In this document: positions 28,111 through 33,135 of the stretch, in pieces
How the letters are laid out: the number at the start of each line of letters is the position of its first letter
Numbering within the stretch: the first letter of the stretch is position 1
Assembly: GCA_030618475.1 (NCBI GenBank)
Contig: JAUXDG010000001.1
Coordinates: 1 to 33,135, forward strand
Length of the DNA stretch: 33,135 nucleotides
DNA from: Gammaproteobacteria bacterium
Lineage (GTDB): Bacteria; Pseudomonadota; Gammaproteobacteria; DSM-19610
Direction: 5' to 3'
Program-made: the position numbers and the translations under genes
Notes under the pieces: generated by a model
Seen by the model: the letters and a program-made list of their open reading frames with translations, nothing else
What the model was told of the DNA's origin: nothing
The model's database searches: none

Positions 28111-28244
28111 GGGCCGCGGAAACAAATGCCCAGCTTCTGTATTGCGGCAAGGGTGACATAAAACGATGATGCGCCCCTTGCCGCGCCTTGAATCTGAGCC
28201 AGAATCCGGCACTATCTTTGTACAATTATTTATTTCCGCGGCCC
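28111..28244. mobile_element. MITE-like element, 134 bp, 17-bp terminal inverted repeats, TTA direct repeats
   Basis: GGGCCGCGGAAACAAAT (28111-28127) and ATTTATTTCCGCGGCCC (28228-28244) are 16/17 complementary; TTA at 28108-28110 and 28245-28247; internal perfect 10-bp stem GCGGCAAGGG/CCCTTGCCGC (28144-28153 / 28175-28184). Confidence 0.65.
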
Positions 28245-28321
28245 TTAAAGGCATAATCTGCATTTATTTTGATGCCCATACTGATAATACCTCTGTTTTT
28301 TCAACCTTTTGAGCAGTTTGT

Positions 28322-30052
28322 ATGCAATTAATGCTGACATTCTTCCGTGCTTACCCTGGGCAGACCGTTGTCATGCTGGTAGCACTGCTCATGGCCGGTG
28401 TTGCCGAGGGTATCGGCCTGTCAGCCCTGCTACCACTGCTCAACATCGCCATCAAAAATGATGCCCGACAGGGTGGCGATACGCAGACAGAACCGCCACA
28501 GAATGAATTCGAGCAAGTGGTAACCGACACCTTGAAAGATCTGGGTATACATCCCGGCATCGGGGTTCTTCTGGCCATTATCGTGTTGGGTGCCACGCTG
28601 AAGAATCTGTTGCTGCTGGTCGCCCAGAAACAGGTCGGTTATACCGCCGCACGGGTCGCAACAGACCTGCGGCTGGAGATACTGCGTGCCGTACTCAGAA
28701 GCAAATGGGAGTATTTCCTCCACCAGCCGATAGGGCGCTTAACCAACAGCCTGGCTACCGAAGCACAACGATCCTCCGACTCTTTTGTCAACGGCGCCAT
28801 GGTCGTCACTCTTATCCTGCAGGCCATTATCTACGGCGCCGTCGCTGTTGCCGTCTCCTGGAAAGCGACGCTGATAAGCCTCACAGCCGGAATGCTAATC
28901 ATAGGCGTTTCCCATTTTATGGTGCGCATGGCTCGCAAGGCCGGTAAAAAACAGACCAACCTGCTCATTTCCCTGCTCTCCAAGGTCACCGATACCTTGC
29001 AGTCGGTTAAGCCGCTGAAAGCCATGGCAAGAGAACACCTGGCTGACACGGTGCTGGCCATGAAAACATCGAAACTCAATAAAGCCCTGCGCAAACAGGT
29101 TTTCAGCACCGCGGTACTCAAAGCCAGCCAGGAAGAAATGTTCACCATCGTTATCGCCCTCGGTATGTTCGTGGCGCTGGTAAAATTTGAAATGCCACTG
29201 GCAACCGTGATGGTACTGGTCGTGGTGCTGGGGAAAATGCTTAGCCAACTGGGCAAAGTACAGAAACAGTATCAGAAACTGGTGCTGGGTGAGAGCGCCT
29301 TCTGGTCGCTGAAAAAAGGCATTCAAGAGGCGCAGCAGGCCGAAGAATCATTCAGCACAGGCACCGTACCAGCGCTGGAGCAGTCGGTGCGACTGGATGC
29401 GGTCAGCTTCAGCTATGATCAACATATGGTGCTGACTGATGCGAATCTTGAATTCCCTGCAGGCCGCCTGACCACCTTGATCGGCCCATCCGGCTCCGGG
29501 AAAACCACCATTGTTGACCTTGTCATCGGTTTACTTCGACCACAATCCGGCAAGGTCTGTATCGATGGTATCCCGCTGGCAGAACTTGACCTGAAAGCGT
29601 GGCGCCACATGATCGGCTATGTTCCCCAGGAAACGCTGCTGTTACACGATTCCATCCTGCACAATGTGACCCTGGATGACCCTGAACTGAGCGAACAGGA
29701 TGCTGTACAGGCCTTGCGGGCAGCGGGTGCCTGGGAATTTGTATCCCGCATACCCGCGGGCATACACAGCACCGTGGGGGAACGCGGTACCAAATTATCC
29801 GGAGGGCAGCGGCAACGCATTATGATCGCGCGCGCCCTGGTTCACAAACCCCGATTACTCATCCTTGACGAAGCCACCAGCGCACTGGACCCCGAGAACG
29901 CGGCGGCCATCGGTAAGACCATGGAAGATCTGCGTGGCCGCTTGACGATACTGGCGATATCGCATCAGACAGCCATGGTGGAAAACGCCGACCGCGTGTA
30001 TCGCCTGCATGAAGGTGGCGTCTCATTGCATGAAAACAGCAAGCTTGCCTAA
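28322..30052 (+). CDS. ABC exporter, fused permease + ATPase (MsbA/PglK-like; putative glycolipid flippase)
   Basis: N-terminal TM domain; GPSGSGKTT Walker A, YVPQE, LSGGQRQR, ILDEATSALD, ISH. Confidence 0.88.
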   Translation: MQLMLTFFRAYPGQTVVMLVALLMAGVAEGIGLSALLPLLNIAIKNDARQGGDTQTEPPQNEFEQVVTDTLKDLGIHPGIGVLLAIIVLGATLKNLLLLVAQKQVGYTAARVATDLRLEILRAVLRSKWEYFLHQPIGRLTNSLATEAQRSSDSFVNGAMVVTLILQAIIYGAVAVAVSWKATLISLTAGMLIIGVSHFMVRMARKAGKKQTNLLISLLSKVTDTLQSVKPLKAMAREHLADTVLAMKTSKLNKALRKQVFSTAVLKASQEEMFTIVIALGMFVALVKFEMPLATVMVLVVVLGKMLSQLGKVQKQYQKLVLGESAFWSLKKGIQEAQQAEESFSTGTVPALEQSVRLDAVSFSYDQHMVLTDANLEFPAGRLTTLIGPSGSGKTTIVDLVIGLLRPQSGKVCIDGIPLAELDLKAWRHMIGYVPQETLLLHDSILHNVTLDDPELSEQDAVQALRAAGAWEFVSRIPAGIHSTVGERGTKLSGGQRQRIMIARALVHKPRLLILDEATSALDPENAAAIGKTMEDLRGRLTILAISHQTAMVENADRVYRLHEGGVSLHENSKLA

Positions 30053-31155
30053 TAAGCAAACAAGGCCCGAACCCTTTGCAGCGCATGATCCAGATCAGCT
30101 GAGCCCGTGTCGGTACGCTGTGTGAACGACTCACCCAGCCAGACCACCCGACCTTCCGATAACAGATTGTTGTGCACCAGACGAATATCACGACTGAGGC
30201 GCTTTGGACCAAAGCGCATCATCCAGCTGTAGGTCAGCGCGCTCAGGCGAAAATCAACCGCCGTCTTTCGCCCGGGCCGCATCGGATAGCCATAACCACC
30301 CAGTTCGGCCATATAAACCGGCTTGCCCGTAGCGCATGCTTCACTGAGCATGGACACACTATCCGCTGTCACAATGAGCTCATCACTTAAGGCCAGTATG
30401 CCAAAATAGGGATTAGCCTCGTCATTGGCTTGCCAATGGTAGAGAAAGTGGGGTACAGAAACAGCCTGTTTCAAGACCTGCACAACCGTTTTCGGAGTCC
30501 GCGCACTGGTGGAAATCAGCAAGGATCCGTTGCGCTGCGCGGCCATGCGGTTTGCCTGCCGGACTATAGACTCAACCACCTTTGGTCCCAGCGTATAGGG
30601 ACCACTGTTTCCGCCCAATATGACACCCGTGAAGGGTTTCGGTAAATGCATGAACCGCGATCCCCAGTCAGCTGCTTCAGCCTTGAGACGTTCAGCACTG
30701 ACCCTATGCAGGGTCATCGCGTTTTGTAATACATTGTCGCGCTCAGGCAGCCGGTACTGTGGCGTCGTGATCACCAGATCAAACTGATCCGGCTTCGCCC
30801 AGGGTCGGCCAATGTGAACAAGCCGCGTTCTGCCACCTGACTGCTTGCGGATCCAGCGTCCGACCGGTTCATTGCGCATTCCCCCCGAAATCACCAGATC
30901 CGGCCAGGGCGGTTGCAGCGGGCTGGAGTCCTGCAATCGGATGCCGCGCAAATCGCTGCCCCGGAACAGGCTGGTGCGGAACTCGGTTTTCCGGTAGCTG
31001 AGTTCCTTGAGGTCGAATGGCCAGCCCAACGCCTCAGCCAGGGCAAGAATCTGGCCGCGTTCCCCGGCTCGATAGCCGGTTACCAACCACACGCTGGGCG
31101 CGGGAGTCGCGTTCTGATTTACAGACTCGGAATGGACGGTATCAGATCGGTGCAT
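30049..31155 (-). CDS. ELM1/GtrOC1 family protein, paralog 3
   Basis: WLVTGYRAGERGQILALA, PPWPDLVISGGMRNEP, FDLVITTPQY, STSART, NPYFGILALSDELIVTADSVSMLSEA..GKP. Confidence 0.82.
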   Translation of the reverse strand: MHRSDTVHSESVNQNATPAPSVWLVTGYRAGERGQILALAEALGWPFDLKELSYRKTEFRTSLFRGSDLRGIRLQDSSPLQPPWPDLVISGGMRNEPVGRWIRKQSGGRTRLVHIGRPWAKPDQFDLVITTPQYRLPERDNVLQNAMTLHRVSAERLKAEAADWGSRFMHLPKPFTGVILGGNSGPYTLGPKVVESIVRQANRMAAQRNGSLLISTSARTPKTVVQVLKQAVSVPHFLYHWQANDEANPYFGILALSDELIVTADSVSMLSEACATGKPVYMAELGGYGYPMRPGRKTAVDFRLSALTYSWMMRFGPKRLSRDIRLVHNNLLSEGRVVWLGESFTQRTDTGSADLDHALQRVRALFAY

Positions 31156-31205
31156 GACGCGAGAGACCTTGTCGGAGTACTAGCCTCAGCCCAACAGGAA
31201 ACAGC

Positions 31206-31257
31206 CACGGAAGCACATGGAAAAACACGGATAATGATTTTTCCGTGTGCTTCCGTG
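31206..31257. repeat. Palindrome with 20-bp arms and 12-nt loop in the divergent ELM1/acp intergenic region
   Basis: CACGGAAGCACATGGAAAAA (31206-31225) vs TTTTTCCGTGTGCTTCCGTG (31238-31257): 19/20 complementary, the exception being a G-T pair. Confidence 0.8.
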
Positions 31258-31449
31258 TGGTCCCACTGCCAATGAAATTTGAGTCATCTGCGTAAAGATA
31301 ACATTCGCGCGGCAAATGCGCATGGCCGTGCACAATGGCACCATCGCTCAACTCCAAGTACAATCCAGGATTCGCGAATCTAGCGGCTTACGCCGTGTGG
31401 CGCAAGCTGGTGAATCTGTCATAAACTCGATCCGGGTGCATATTGTTCC

Positions 31450-31692
31450 ATGCCTGACTACAATGAATTTCTGACCCGCATTTTCGAAATTCTCAAACCG
31501 TTCGCCAAACAGGGCATTATCCTCAATGAGGACAGTGAACTGGTCACCGAGCTGGGGCTTACCTCCCTGCAAGTGATGGAGTTGATCGAGCAGATTGAAG
31601 ACTATTTTGACATGTCGATACCGCTCAACATTCTCCCGGACATTCGCACGGTTCACGATCTGGCGATGCAGCTGGAAAAACTGAGCACCTGA
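31450..31692 (+). CDS. Acyl carrier protein (dedicated, sphingolipid pathway)
   Basis: 80 aa, acidic; ELGLTSLQVMELIEQIEDYFDMSIP..IRTVHDL is the ACP helix II signature; 4 bp upstream of spt. Confidence 0.88.
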   Translation: MPDYNEFLTRIFEILKPFAKQGIILNEDSELVTELGLTSLQVMELIEQIEDYFDMSIPLNILPDIRTVHDLAMQLEKLST

Positions 31693-31696
31693 AGTC

Positions 31697-32899
31697 ATGA
31701 GCCTGTTCGATAAATTCCAGCCCATTGTCGAGATCCGTGCCGAACTGCAAAAGCTCGGCATCATGCCCTTCGGTGCGGTCACGGAAAAATTCCTCTCAGC
31801 CACCGAAGCTATCGTCAACGGCCACAAGGTCATTCTGGCCGGGACCAATAATTACCTGGGTCTGACTTTTGATCCTGAATGTATCGCTGCCGCGAAAAAA
31901 GCTGTTGAGGAACAGGGTACCGGCACCACCGGCTCGCGTATGGCCAACGGCACCTTTGCCGAGCACGTGAAACTGGAACAGGAACTGGCGGCCTATTTTG
32001 ACCGCAAACACTCGATCGTATTTTCCACCGGTTATGCGGCTACCATGGGCATGGGCTCGACCCTGGCCGGAGCCGGCGATGTCATCGTGCTGGACGCCGA
32101 CAGCCACGCCAGTATCTACGACGGCGTACGCCTGGGTGGTGCCGAGGTCATCCGCTTCCGTCACAATAACGCTGCCGATCTGGAAAAACGCCTGCGCCGG
32201 CTCGGTGACCGGGTAGACAATACCCTGATTATCGTAGAGGGCATCTACAGTATGCTGGGCGATCAGGCACCGCTCGCCGATATTGCAGAAGTGAAACGCA
32301 AGTACGGCGGTCTTCTGCTGGTCGATGAAGCTCATTCGCTCGGCATGCTGGGCGAACATGGCCGCGGCGCGGCCGAAGCTGCCGGCGTCGAGGACGATGT
32401 GGACTTCATAGTCGGTACTTTCAGTAAAAGCCTGAGCGCTATTGGCGGCTACTGTGTCAGTAATCACGCTGAGCTGGAAGCCATATGCTTTGCCATCCGT
32501 TCCTATATATTTACCGCTTCGCCCTCGCCTTCCGTCATTGCATCCACGCGTGTTGCATTGCGCCTGATGCAGGAACGCCCGGAATTGCGGGTACGGCTGT
32601 GGGAAAACGCGCACAGGCTGTACGATGGCCTGAAACAACTTGGCTTTGCAGTCAGCCCACAGGTCAGCCCGGTGATCGCCGTCACCATCGGGGAACGTGA
32701 TCAGGCGATTAGCTGGTGGAATGAACTTATGCAACGCGGCGCTTACGTGAACCTGGTCATGCCACCGGCTTCACCCACCAGCGACAGTCTGTTGCGTTGC
32801 AGTGTCAGTGCTGCACACAGCAACGAACAGATCGACCGGATCATTGCAGCCTTTGCCGCGCTACAGACGCCGGCCGCTGACTGCGACCCGATTAGATGA
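31697..32899 (+). CDS. spt: Serine palmitoyltransferase (alpha-oxoamine synthase, PLP-dependent)
   Basis: GTNNYLGLTF, GTGTTGSRMANGT, FSTGY, DADSHASIYDG, FRHN, EGIYSMLGD, DEAHS, GTFSKS (PLP Lys), YIFTAS; these segments match Sphingomonas/Caulobacter-type SPT as I recall it, and an ACP is adjacent. Confidence 0.85.
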   Translation: MSLFDKFQPIVEIRAELQKLGIMPFGAVTEKFLSATEAIVNGHKVILAGTNNYLGLTFDPECIAAAKKAVEEQGTGTTGSRMANGTFAEHVKLEQELAAYFDRKHSIVFSTGYAATMGMGSTLAGAGDVIVLDADSHASIYDGVRLGGAEVIRFRHNNAADLEKRLRRLGDRVDNTLIIVEGIYSMLGDQAPLADIAEVKRKYGGLLLVDEAHSLGMLGEHGRGAAEAAGVEDDVDFIVGTFSKSLSAIGGYCVSNHAELEAICFAIRSYIFTASPSPSVIASTRVALRLMQERPELRVRLWENAHRLYDGLKQLGFAVSPQVSPVIAVTIGERDQAISWWNELMQRGAYVNLVMPPASPTSDSLLRCSVSAAHSNEQIDRIIAAFAALQTPAADCDPIR

Positions 32900-32911
32900 C
32901 ATCGATGGACC

Positions 32912-33135
32912 ATGGATAAACTGAATATTATCGGTAACGGCCCGTTGCACGGCGAAATCAGCATATCCGGTGCCAAAAACGCCGCCTTACCGGTACTGGC
33001 ATCGACACTGTTAAGCCCGGAACCCGTGACAGTGCAGAATGTCCCTCATTTACGCGACATTACCACCACACTGGAACTCATGGGCCGCTTTGGCACCCGT
33101 ATCGAGCTCAGTGAAAACATGGACCTGGTCGCGGA
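32912..33135 (+). CDS. murA: UDP-N-acetylglucosamine 1-carboxyvinyltransferase MurA, 5' part (runs off window)
   Basis: Translation from ATG 32912: [58 protein letters not shown]; not in the supplied ORF track. Confidence 0.95.
   Translation, partial: MDKLNIIGNGPLHGEISISGAKNAALPVLASTLLSPEPVTVQNVPHLRDITTTLELMGRFGTRIELSENMDLVA

Noticed and set aside
31796-32734. 312-aa ORF on the - strand
   Set aside because: Antisense shadow of spt; the same applies to 9966-10697, 12344-13069 and 23972-24667 opposite real genes.
31697-32899. Calling the PLP enzyme BioF (8-amino-7-oxononanoate synthase) or Kbl
   Set aside because: No bio or tdh genes nearby; adjacent ACP, bCerS-like and CerR-like genes and the GSRMANGT / DADSHASIYDG / GTFSKS segments fit SPT better.
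1-33135. CRISPR arrays, tRNA/rRNA genes, integrases or transposases
   Set aside because: No regularly spaced repeats, RNA gene signatures or recombinase motifs were seen.

Overview
Proteobacterial chromosomal window, probably gammaproteobacterial (inferred from gene order and protein style). The left end is housekeeping and envelope DNA: 3' part of queG, rsmI, lpoA, yraN, a dolP/BON lipoprotein and a GlcD-like FAD oxidoreductase. The right end runs into murA. Between them (about 5.9-32.9 kb) is a roughly 27 kb cluster that reads as a bacterial sphingolipid (ceramide) synthesis, decoration and export system. The core is serine palmitoyltransferase plus a dedicated ACP, a fatty acyl-AMP ligase, a GNAT-type bacterial ceramide synthase and an NAD-dependent ceramide reductase-like enzyme. 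Head-group chemistry is suggested by a DAGK-family lipid kinase, a Tam41-like nucleotidyltransferase, a MobA-like NTP transferase and a metallophosphoesterase. There are also three ELM1/GtrOC1-family proteins, a glycan cassette (GT2, WaaL-like ligase, two GT4, AsnB-type amidotransferase, methyltransferase, GT8-like) and its own LptF/LptG pair with an MsbA-like ABC exporter. Smaller features are a diverged duplicate of the ligase 3' end, a 134-bp MITE-like element with a TTA target duplication, a 20-bp-arm palindrome upstream of acp-spt, and the absence of diaA/gmhA from the yraN-dolP block. All functional calls come from motif recognition by eye; no database searches were run.
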